Shown piece by piece: positions 1-9,082 of a stretch of 11,399 nucleotides of DNA. This DNA is from Paraspadella gotoi (taxonomy: Eukaryota > Animalia > Chaetognatha): contig CM119264.1 in NCBI GenBank assembly GCA_051294375.1, forward strand, positions 4,521,930 to 4,533,328, in the 5' to 3' direction. Both the position numbers and the translations under genes were made by a program. Numbering within the stretch: position 1 is the stretch's first letter; each line of letters starts with the position of its first letter. The notes beneath the pieces are model-generated. The model was not told the origin of the DNA and did not search any database. It was given only the letters and a program-made list of their open reading frames with translations.

Positions 1-710
1 CACGAAAATGATTCATGTCGCCCGTTAAGATAATTAAACGTCGGATCCAACGAATGTCGTCATTAGAATTCAGAACCGTCGACGTTTTTCCCTCTGGCGA
101 GAAAAAAAAAGGGAATCGCCTAGAGGGGGGGGAAGGAAAAACATAACAAAACATCGAAGAAAACAAATGGAATAAGAAACGAAACAAAAATCAAAACAGG
201 TTGAAAATTCCTGATTGGAAGAGTTTGTAACTCGAAAGTTTTCAATTTCGAAACTGATTATTATTTTTTTCAACGCTTATAATGCAATATATTAAATTTT
301 TACATTTATTTTTAAATTTAATCAAATTTAGTGTAATAAAGTAAAACGAGTAATTTTGCAATTTTTTTATGAGAATGCAGAAGTTGCCTGGAACGCAATG
401 AGATGAACAGAATCACAGAATCACAGATTGACCGAACTGTAACTAAACAACTGAGCGAAAGTTTCACAAAACAAGGAAAATAAACAACAAATATCAGAAA
501 TCGATTGATAATTATCTAGAAAAAAAATTTTTCGAAAAAAAAATCTCGATACTAGGAACCAAAAATATCTATCTTCCTAGTATTTGAAATAATTACAGCT
601 GAACGAAATTTTTAAATAGCTTTAAATTTTTTTTTCCTTCGGATGGAAATGGATGAAGAAAAGCGAAAAATAAATATTGAATTTCCGTCAGGACCGCAGG
701 ATAGGGGAGC

Positions 711-715
<5 letters not shown>

Positions 716-792
<77 letters not shown>
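716..792 (+). repeat. (GA)n microsatellite
   Basis: Uninterrupted GA dinucleotide run. Confidence 0.98.
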
Positions 793-794
<2 letters not shown>

Positions 795-1042
795 GGCGAC
801 CGGATCACTCGCCTTTATGACGGATATTAAAAATAAGTCTCGGTTGAAAAAACACCGACGCAGCACCCGAGATTTGAGGGACGTTAATTTGGGGCGCGGA
901 TGTAACGTCGGGCACGACGACGAAGCGTCAGCGCCACAGCGGAGCCGCAGTCCCGGATGCGGCGGCCCATAGGCCCGTATGTAATCAGGTTTATGGCTGC
1001 AGTATTCGCGCCCTTCTCCATAGCGGCTACATTCAGCGATTC
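793..1042. promoter_or_regulatory. CpG-rich island between two GA tracts with homeodomain-type motifs (possible intronic enhancer)
   Basis: Locally GC/CpG-rich. TTTATGA 814-820 and TTTATGG 990-996 (Abd-B/caudal type), TTAATT 884-889, TAATCA 982-987. The motifs are short and function is inferred only. Confidence 0.2.
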
Positions 1043-1058
1043 AGGGAAGGGAAGGGAA

Positions 1059-1064
1059 AGAGAG

Positions 1065-1153
<89 letters not shown>

Positions 1154-1167
1154 GAGAAAGAGAGAGA
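1059..1167 (+). repeat. Interrupted (GA)n microsatellite
   Basis: GA run with a few interruptions, preceded by (AGGGA)3. Confidence 0.97.
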
Positions 1168-1914
1168 TTGAAATTTAAGCGGCGTGATCTCAAGTTGATG
1201 ATGACTGAGAATCCAACACATATCTTCAGTTTTTCACCTCCTCTTTTTAACTCTTAGATTTTCACGTGATTTTTCGAATTGGAATTTTTCGTCGATCGAC
1301 ATTTTTTTATTTTTAACCCGAGTTATGGTTTGTGAATTTTCAGTCATTGAAAGAAAAATCTGCTTTTTCCCGAAAAAAAAATCATATGATAAAAAAAAAT
1401 ATAAAATTATAAAATAATATGAACTCATAAATATGAAAGGAATAAAACAATAAAATTCTAAATACATGAAATGATGAAAAAATATCATTAAAGGCCGATG
1501 ACCCCAATCTTTACCATCTCGACTGTTTGTATTTATATGTATTTTACTTTATTAGTTAAAACGGTACATACAAAAGGCGCATACAGGATTACAGATACAC
1601 AGAATAATTGTATAGTGTTAATAAATATTAATTTAACATAATGAAGACATAAGAAAGTCGCCGTCCGTTATATAAAAGGTTTTAACCTGTTCGCTTGTCA
1701 AGATAAATAATTAAATATTCATCCTCGTGATTAAATCACTAATTTTCACGTCGGAGTCGCACATTTTTTCCTCAACCGATTCTTTACGTCATCAACCGTG
1801 ACGTTTTTTGGCGTGAAATTCGGGAGTGAGGAAAACCGCTGTGACAAACCACAATGTCAGAACTGAAGAATTTATCCGAACCAATTAGCGTGAAAATTCC
1901 TGAAAGAGCAGACT

Positions 1915-2098
1915 CGACGACGATGACGACGACGACGACGATGACGACGACGACGACGATGATGATGATGATGACAAAGAGGTAAAAGACGACGGCGATG
2001 ACGACGGCGATGACGATGATGACAAAGAGGAAAAAGACGACGGCGATGACGACGACGACGACGATGATGACAAAGAGGAAAAAGACGACGGCGATGAC
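1915..2098 (+). repeat. (GAC/GAT)n trinucleotide array with three higher-order copies of GATGACAAAGAGG(A/T)AAAAGACGACGGCGATGAC
   Basis: Seen directly; the higher-order units start near 1970, 2018 and 2066. Confidence 0.93.
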
Positions 2099-2146
2099 CA
2101 AGATTAGACTACGAAAATAAAAAGAAAATTATTTCAAAAAGTATGA

Positions 2147-2210
2147 TAACAACGACAACGACAACAACAACAACGACGACTCCAACGACAACAACAACAA
2201 CAACGACAAC
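2147..2210 (+). repeat. (AAC/GAC)n trinucleotide repeat
   Basis: aacaacgacaacgacaacaacaac... seen directly. Confidence 0.9.
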
Positions 2211-2271
2211 GAGAAAAGGAGGTATTTTTCCCGCGCGCCTTGATTAGAAGACTCTGATCGAACGGGAGGGA

Positions 2272-2392
2272 AAGAGGAGAGTGAAGGGTAAGTGAAGGGA
2301 AGGTGAGGAAGGAAGAGTGAGCAAGGAGAAGTGATGAAGGAAGAGTGATAGAAGAAGAGTGAGGAAGAAATAGTGAGAGAGGAAGAGTGATG
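2272..2392 (+). repeat. Degenerate purine-rich minisatellite, ~10-15-nt unit with core GAAGAGTGA
   Basis: About nine recurrences of (A/G)GTGA separated by A/G runs. Confidence 0.65.
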
Positions 2393-2627
2393 TTGTAGGA
2401 AAGGAGGTGAAGGCCGGTGATCGTGTGACAGTGAAAGCTAATTCGTCGGTCTTGCCAGACTCTTTCGCTTTTCTCGGAAATCGAAGATGAAAGGGGCAGA
2501 ACCCTGGGGGTGGATTAGGAGTGGATAAAGGGGCGAATGAAGAGTGAATTAGGGGTTAGGGATGATGGGCGACGCGTTGCTGAAGAGTGGTGCCTGTTGG
2601 ACAAGGGAAAGAGTGAGAGAGAGTCCT

Positions 2628-2638
2628 TATATATATAT

Positions 2639-2707
<69 letters not shown>

Positions 2708-2768
2708 TTAATCTTGGGGAATATTCGCGGTGAGTTCTTGTTTCGTCCGAGGTGTGTGTGTGTGTCTT

Positions 2769-2803
<35 letters not shown>
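2628..2803 (+). repeat. Compound microsatellites: (TA)n 2628-2640, (GA)n 2642-2704, (GT)n 2752-2803
   Basis: Seen directly. Confidence 0.96.
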
Positions 2804-2804
<1 letters not shown>

Positions 2805-3398
2805 GGTCACGTGATTTGAGGATCTTTACGTGTTTTGTTGGAGATAATGAGTTCGGTGTCTTTTTTGGTCAGCGAGGTGGATCGAGTTGGGCGCTCAGGA
2901 ATTCTGATTATTTTTAGTTAATGTGCTGACTAAATAAAAAGTAGATAAAAATTAGATTCAAATTAGATTCAAAATATATTAAAAATAACGTGTTTTTTTT
3001 GTTACGTTGAGAAAATTTTGTTTAAATTAGGAAAAGAGACGATGAGTTTATTTTCTAGCAAAAAAGAGAAAATGAGTTTTTCAGCGGAGCAAAAAATGAT
3101 CTCTAGTTTCGACTAAGATGAGTATTTTTATGTTTTGAAAAACACGACCAGACTTTTTTTTCTCTTTTTTTCGCTCGGAAAGTTTTCTGTTTTTCTCAAA
3201 TGTGAGGATTTTCTTTCTGCTTCTGCCGAAGTGAGGTTGCGTCTCACCTGTGGTAAGGATCTTCGCTCGAGCCTCTTCTTCGTTACGCAGAAGTTGAGAT
3301 CTCTCCTCCGAACTCACTCGATCCCTAACCCGGAAACGGCGGAGGTCCTTACCCTCCGAGTTGAAAGTGGGGAGAGGAAAAGGAAGAGAAGGAAAAGT

Positions 3399-3519
<121 letters not shown>

Positions 3520-3626
3520 TTCCTTTTCCCCGCCTCCCTCTGTCTCCGCTAGTAGATTCCCTCCCAATTTTCGTTAGTTTTCTCTTGGGTTTTTCCTCAT
3601 CAATCTCCACTTTTTTCTACGCTGGA

Positions 3627-3940
3627 AGAAAAGAAAAGAAAAAGGGAGAAAGAAAGGAAAGAAATAAGGGGCGGAGGAAAGGAGAAAAGAAAAAAAGGGA
3701 AGGATAAAAAGGAAAAGGGGAAAGGAAAGGACAAGAAAATCAAATTCGAAAGGAGGAAAGGAGAAAAAAGGAAAGGAGGAAAGAAAAAAAGGATACGCTG
3801 AAAAAGGAAAAGGGGAAAAGGAGAGGACAAGAAAATCAAATTTGAAAGGAGGAAAGAAGAAAGTTCTAATGGAGGAAAGGAATGAAAAAAACCTAGAAAG
3901 GAAAATTGGAAAAGAAGGAAGGAGAAAAAATGAAGGAAAA
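3627..3940 (+). repeat. Purine-rich low-complexity tract with an internal ~96-nt-period duplication
   Basis: AAAAAGGAAAAGGGG...GGACAAGAAAATCAAATT(C/T)GAAAGGAGGAAAG occurs at ~3706-3760 and ~3802-3857. Confidence 0.85.
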
Positions 3941-4734
3941 TATACACACACCAAACGAGTATAGAGAATCGTATATTCGGATGTAAATGAGTCATCGGAG
4001 GTACAATGAAAGTTACAAGATTAAAATAATTTTTGTATTAAATATCCGAAAAATATATATAATCATAATTTTACTGAATTTTTAAAAAAATGTTTACTTA
4101 GTACAATATATTTTAGCGTTTAAAAAGTTCTAACATTTTTCGTTTTTGTGAATAATGTAGGGGATTAGGGAGGTGAGTGTTGAAGCTGATAAGAGGAAAA
4201 AGAAAATACCAAACTTCGAGAAAACGGCCACGACAGATCGAAAACATGAATGAACATGACATGTTGCCATTTGGGCGGCAAATCATGGGTTTGTACTTGA
4301 AAATAGTTTTAGTTTTCTCTCAATTTTATTCTTTTGTTTTTATTTCAAAGGACCAATGTCATCTTTAAATATTTTTATACAGTAATTTTTTAAAAATGTC
4401 ATTTTTTTTAATTTCAAATTGCTTATGTTTTTTTTTCGGCAAAAAGAAAAATTAAAATTTCGGCAAACACTTTAGTTCCCTACCTAAAATAGTAGTAGAG
4501 GGATTAAGAAATCTCGAACGCCAATCGGTGAGCAGCGCTACACATCCATCGCTAAGATCGAAAGAGGAAAAAAAAGAAAGAAAAGAGAGGAAAGAAAGAT
4601 CGGGGGAAAAGAAGAAATAGATTAAAAAGAAAGAGAAAAGAGAATGGGGGGGAAAAAACCGCCCCGAAAAAAACAGGCGGGAAAGCAAATTGACGGAGCG
4701 CAAAGTAGAAAAAGATGCGAAGAACGAGAGATTA

Positions 4735-4778
4735 TGAGAGAAAGAGAGAGGAGAGTAGAGTTGAGAGAGAGAGAGAGG

Positions 4779-4817
<39 letters not shown>

Positions 4818-5022
4818 TGAGGAGAGAGAGAGAGGAGAGGAGAAGGACAGACAGAGAGAGAGAGAAAGAAGAAGAGAGAGGAGAGAGAGGAAGAAGAGAG
4901 AGAGAGGAGAGCGAGAGAATGAAAGCTACAGAGAGATATCGGCAAAAGGAAGAAATGAAGTGTGATGAATGAGGTTGGCGAGAAAAGAGGAGAGAGAGAG
5001 AAGAGAGAGAGAGTAGAGGAGA

Positions 5023-5069
<47 letters not shown>

Positions 5070-5140
5070 AGAGATAAGAGAGAGAGAGAGAGAGACGAGA
5101 AGAAGAGAGGAGAGAGCAGAGCAAGAGACGAGAGAGAGAG

Positions 5141-5183
<43 letters not shown>
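4735..5183 (+). repeat. Long degenerate (GA)n region
   Basis: Two GA blocks with many single-base interruptions around a short unique core (~4915-4980). Confidence 0.93.
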
Positions 5184-5188
<5 letters not shown>

Positions 5189-5329
5189 ATGAACGCGAAA
5201 GTAATCTTGCCAGTAAAATTGTAGATTATATCCAATCTCCTTCATTAATGAAGCGAATAAACAATCAAAGTACAAATGGAAATATTATTGTAATTGAGTT
5301 TTTTGGTGTTTTACAAACTTATACCAAAT

Positions 5330-5671
5330 TTAGAAATCTGAGGCCTCGAAAGGAGGCGATGGCACAGACTTGGCCCCGTGGAGGATGAGGATCCCCGAGA
5401 GGACCATTCCTGTAGAAACAGATATCGTACGAACTTTCATAAATAAAATGACAATATCAGTCATCATTGATGATTATATGTAGCTCCTAAATATCAATGA
5501 GTATTTATATCTACAACTATACAGTTTATGATGGTACAATATGTAGAGAAATAAAAAAACATCAAAGGCTTTAATGGTTTTAAAGGAAATACTACTGGGA
5601 AGAAACAATTTTGTTTCATTGTATTCAATTTTTAATTTTAATATGTATATTTGTTTACCCATGATCCTCAT
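5330..5671 (-). CDS. Candidate two-exon small secreted peptide gene (join 5671-5659, 5409-5330), antisense to the Ig exon
   Basis: ATG AGG ATC ATG G|GTAAAC, a 249-nt AT-rich intron, then tgtttctacAG|GA ATG GTC CTC...TTC TAA. This gives MRIMGMVLSGILILHGAKSVPSPPFEASDF*. Exon 2 is a GC island with 19/25 G/C-ending codons. No homology recognised. Confidence 0.25.
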
Positions 5672-5816
5672 TCCTCAGCCTATCTGAATCGTGTTGAATG
5701 TCGCCTGTCATTTGACTTTCGAGATCCACGTGAAACTCACAAATCGTTCTTATTCAATTTCAAAGATCAATCATTGACAGAAGAGCATTGTTTTCCGAAA
5801 GCGACGTTCATTAATT

Positions 5817-5955
5817 CTTAAACTTATTTTCAATATTTAACTTTAATCTTTAACCAGATTCCTAATCATAAACCTTAATTCCTAACCATAATTCTTAACC
5901 TAATCTTATATTGAATTCCTAAGTCTTAACCTTTACCCTAACCTAATTTTTAAAC
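5817..5955 (+). repeat. Degenerate TAACC(T)/CCTAA-like 5-6-mer array
   Basis: cctaat, aacctt, cctaacc, ttaacctaat, ttaacctt, accctaacctaa recur through the stretch. Confidence 0.6.
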
Positions 5956-6183
5956 ATAAAAAAATTAACTAATTTATAGTGATGTAATATGAGGAAGAGA
6001 AAGGAATAGGAACGGAAAAGAGGGACGAATTTCAATCATTAATGGCCGCTCGGTTTTTCAGTCGAGTGGTCACTTTTGATAACTAGGTGATTCATTTTTT
6101 ATCAAGTGGTCATTTCGTGATGAAGAAACCAGATGTGGTAGCGTTGCATCAGTGAGGAATGATTTTTTTCATCGGGATGAGAG

Positions 6184-6385
6184 AAAAAAAAAGAAAAGAA
6201 AAGAAAAGAAAAGAAAAGAAAAGAAAAGAAAAGAAAAACAAAGAAAAGAAAAACAAAGAAAAGAAAAACAAAGAAAAGAAAAAAAGAAAAGAAAAACAAA
6301 GAAAAGAAAAAAAGAAAAGATAAAAAAGAAAAGAAAAGAAAAGAAAAGAAAAGAAAAGAAAAGAAAAGAAAAAACAAGAAAAAAA
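6184..6385 (+). repeat. (AAAAG)n pentanucleotide repeat with AAAAC variants
   Basis: Seen directly. Confidence 0.96.
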
Positions 6386-6963
6386 TGAAAGATAAAGAAA
6401 GAACCAATAGTGAACTAATCATTGGTTAAACGATCCAAATTGGTTCTTTCCCTAATTTATGTTCTGTCCTGATTGCAACAAGCTTATGAACAGTTGGTTT
6501 GACAGGATCGTTAGACGCGAATGATCTTGATTGCTCGGTTATCCAGTCGGTTTCATTCGCCTGATGAGCGTTATATATTGGTTTATAATTAAATCTGATA
6601 ATTAGGTGTGTAAAATTGTAATTTTCGTAACAGTCTGATAACAAAGGACTGAGAAATCAAAGGTTTTAATTTTAATTAAGAAGGGAACGGATATTTCTCT
6701 TCCTCGTCTCCCCCCCCCCCCGGCTGATAAACTTAGATCTAAAACCTTATATGGGCAACTCCGGGTTTTTCCCACAAGCGAAAGGATAAAACGTAAACAA
6801 AAGAAAAAAAGGAAAATAAACTTAGTCGTTTTTCTTAATAAAAAAATAAAATAAAAAAGTGAAAAATAATTTTACTCGATGAAAAAAAAGATCATTTGAT
6901 TTACGTCGAGATAAAGAGGAAAGAATATTGTGTTTAAATGAGGCGATGTTTCCTCACGTCACG

Positions 6964-7037
<74 letters not shown>
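6964..7037 (+). repeat. (CT)n microsatellite forming the polypyrimidine tract of the 7050 acceptor
   Basis: The CT run ends about 10 nt before the AG at 7048-7049. Confidence 0.95.
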
Positions 7038-7049
7038 CACCCATATCAG

Positions 7050-7239
7050 CTGGTCTGGCACTTGGGTCGCTCCCACGGTATCACGGGCCATCAATCCGTG
7101 ATGGGGAACCACACCATCTCCAAGTTCGAGCTGGAGGCTTTGAGCGGGCACAACCAGAAGGCGCTCAAGTGCACCATCTCCGTCCACGGGTACTGGAACA
7201 CCTCCATCCCTTACCCTTCTTGCGGATACTCGAACTTGG
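7050..7239 (+). CDS. Internal coding exon (phase 0 to phase 1); probable C-terminal half of an Ig-like (C2-set/nephrin-type) extracellular domain
   Basis: Acceptor: (CT)n tract 6964-7037, then ccatatcAG (AG at 7048-7049). Donor: TTG G|GTAAGT at 7240. The 190 nt are 63 codons plus 1 and read LVWHLGRSHGITGHQSVMGNHTISKFELEALSGHNQKALKCTISVHGYWNTSIPYPSCGYSNL. 54/63 codons end in G/C against an AT-rich background. The pattern LxW...TxSxFxL...HNxxLxC resembles the C, E and F strands of C2-set Ig domains. Two N-glycosylation sequons (NHT, NTS) are present, and a phase-1 3' end is typical of Ig-domain exons. The exon call is strong; the family is inferred by eye. Confidence 0.85.
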
Positions 7240-7444
7240 GTAAGTTTTTTTGAGGGAGGGGAATTTTTTTAATGGATTACGAATAAAGAAAAACATCCGG
7301 CGAAATAAGCTCAACTTATAAACCTAATAACATGTTTAACCTTGTTTTATTTATACTTTAATATACAAAATCGAGATAAAATCTTCCTTTTTCTTTTCTC
7401 TCTCAGTTGTTTCAGTTTCTATTTTTTATATTTTTATTATATTT

Positions 7445-7490
7445 ATAATATAATATATATAATATATAATATATAATATAATATATATAT
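7445..7490. repeat. (TA)n/(TATAA)n AT microsatellite
   Basis: tataatataatatatataat... seen directly. Confidence 0.9.
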
Positions 7491-7779
7491 TATTTTTTAC
7501 AAAGTTTTCCGTCCAGAAAAATTGCTATGTACAAGGTACATACCATGTACATTGTACAAACTAGTTCAGTCCAAAACAAAAAAACTAAAAATCAAAAAAA
7601 GGAGCGGAAAACAAAAGGAAATCGACAGCGAAGGAAACAAAAGGAAAGAAAAAAAATCTTTTTTGTTTGTTTGTTTTATGTGTTTTTCTCGATCTTTTCT
7701 TCCCGCGTTTAAAACCCAATTTTGTGGCGCGATGTCTGTTTATACTTATGACGGCGTCCCTCTTTTTTGTTTGGGCTGC

Positions 7780-7780
<1 letters not shown>

Positions 7781-7837
<57 letters not shown>
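7781..7837 (+). repeat. (CT)n microsatellite
   Basis: Seen directly. Confidence 0.97.
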
Positions 7838-8607
7838 ACTCCCTGCCATTTTCTTTCCCAACCTCGATCCCTGTCGATACTTACCTCGGCTGGCTCCTCA
7901 TCAATCTGCTTTCCTCACTCACCAATAATTCAAGAAACTCTTTCCTGACTTCCCTTTCCACTTTCCACTTTCCATTCCTTCGTTTTTTCCCTTACCCTCC
8001 TTACTTTGACCATTACGCGCCCTCACATACCATACGCCCTGAACTTACCCTCTCTCGCTCTTTCGACTACTATCGTTTAAACAAACTTCCCTTCGTTTTA
8101 AAGTTTAGAACATTTTAACAAGGCCTTCGCCTTCCCGATTGACTCGCCAATCTTTTCTAATCGCGGATCCTCAATCTTCCGAGCTGACAGAGCCGCTCCG
8201 CAAATCGCAAGGGCCCCCTCCACACCCCATCTACCTCCACATCCCTCTTCACTCCCCCCCCACCTCGATCCACGCCAATGTCTCCATCATCGCGCCATTC
8301 ATCACTCTGTCATCCAGAGTCGATCCTCTTTTGCAGAAAACCTGAATAATTTCGCTTCGGAAACGAAATAAAAAAAAAGAAAAAAAATTTGTTTAAAAAA
8401 AAAACAAACAAAGGGAATGAGATCCATTTTAAATGGGGACGGTTAAATTAGTTAATGGGTAGAATAACAAAGAAATATAGATATAAAAAAAACTTTTAAA
8501 GGTTACATGATGAATAATGTAATAAAGAAAATTTTTAAAAAACCTAGTATTATTGTTTTCAATGAAAAAAAAAGGGGAAAAAAAAGGATAAGTTTACATA
8601 TTTTTCT

Positions 8608-8732
8608 TGGGCGGAGGTGAATATTGGGCGCTGAGGCGGGGACCGGCCGGCGTCCCTGCGACCGGCCGGCGTCGCTTAGTCCGGCCGGCGGCTCAATATG
8701 GCGGCGTCCATCGTTCGTCAACGTCGGCCCTG
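8608..8732 (+). other. GC-rich fold-back element with three 19-nt-period hairpins (structured RNA or degenerate MITE/hAT end)
   Basis: Hairpins: GGGAC-CGGCCGGC-GTCCC (8639-8656), GCGAC-CGGCCGGC-GTCGC (8658-8675), AGTC-CGGCCGGC-GGCT (8678-8693). Closing arms: TGGGCGCTG (8625-8633) with CGGCGTCCA (8702-8710). The right end reads CAGGGCCGAC on the minus strand. Confidence 0.6.
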
Positions 8733-9072
8733 AATAAATGTTTCCACTTTTTTAAACTTTTCGGTATTGAGGTTTTTTTTCAGGGGCTGCTGTTTGAAGA
8801 ACCATTGCTGAAACAAACCCACCTAATTAAGTTGCTGTGCTTCAAATCCAACATCTAATTGTCTGTCCTCAATTAAGCTAGTAACTGATTTCATAAGCGT
8901 TGATGCTCAATTCATTATGTCATATCGCGTATTGCATATTATACATTTACTCATTTTATCATTTTTTATCTGTCTTAACTTTGTTATTAAATTGACTTTC
9001 TGCAGTCTGCACTTTTAAACAGAATTCTGCTTTCTAAGCGGGGCTTTTCACTTTTCTTCTTTATGTCTCGTT

Positions 9073-9082
9073 NNNNNNNNNN
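9073..9082. other. Assembly gap (10 N), followed by (CT)n 9083-9107
   Basis: 10 N characters abutting a CT run. Confidence 0.99.

Noticed and set aside
3248-3353. Minus-strand exon GKDLRRFRVRDRVSSEERSQLLRNEEEARAKILTT with donor CAG|GTGAGA
   Set aside because: The donor is good and a long pyrimidine tract precedes it, but the first AG is a weak GAG, only about half the codons end in G/C, and no motif is recognisable. It is not supportable without transcripts.
5240-5253. Perfect palindrome CTTCATTAATGAAG
   Set aside because: A single short AT-rich palindrome; it could be a homeodomain site but is indistinguishable from chance.
6561-6568. CTGATGAG hammerhead ribozyme core
   Set aside because: No stem II followed by GAAA downstream.
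6938-7253. ORFs 6938-7243 (+), 6954-7187 (-) and the TTG-started 7062-7253 as whole genes
   Set aside because: They are shadows of the spliced exon. Only the 7062 frame shows G/C third-position bias, and its limits are splice sites.
7877-7886. ATACTTACCT resembling the U1 snRNA 5' end
   Set aside because: The following sequence does not match U1. It is a consensus donor (GAG|GTAAGTAT) on the minus strand, but I could not pair it with a credible acceptor or coding exon.
7838-8118. LINE ORF2 remnant in ORF 7522-8118 (FDHYAP)
   Set aside because: The resemblance is limited to a few residues, and the pyrimidine-rich composition explains the open frame.
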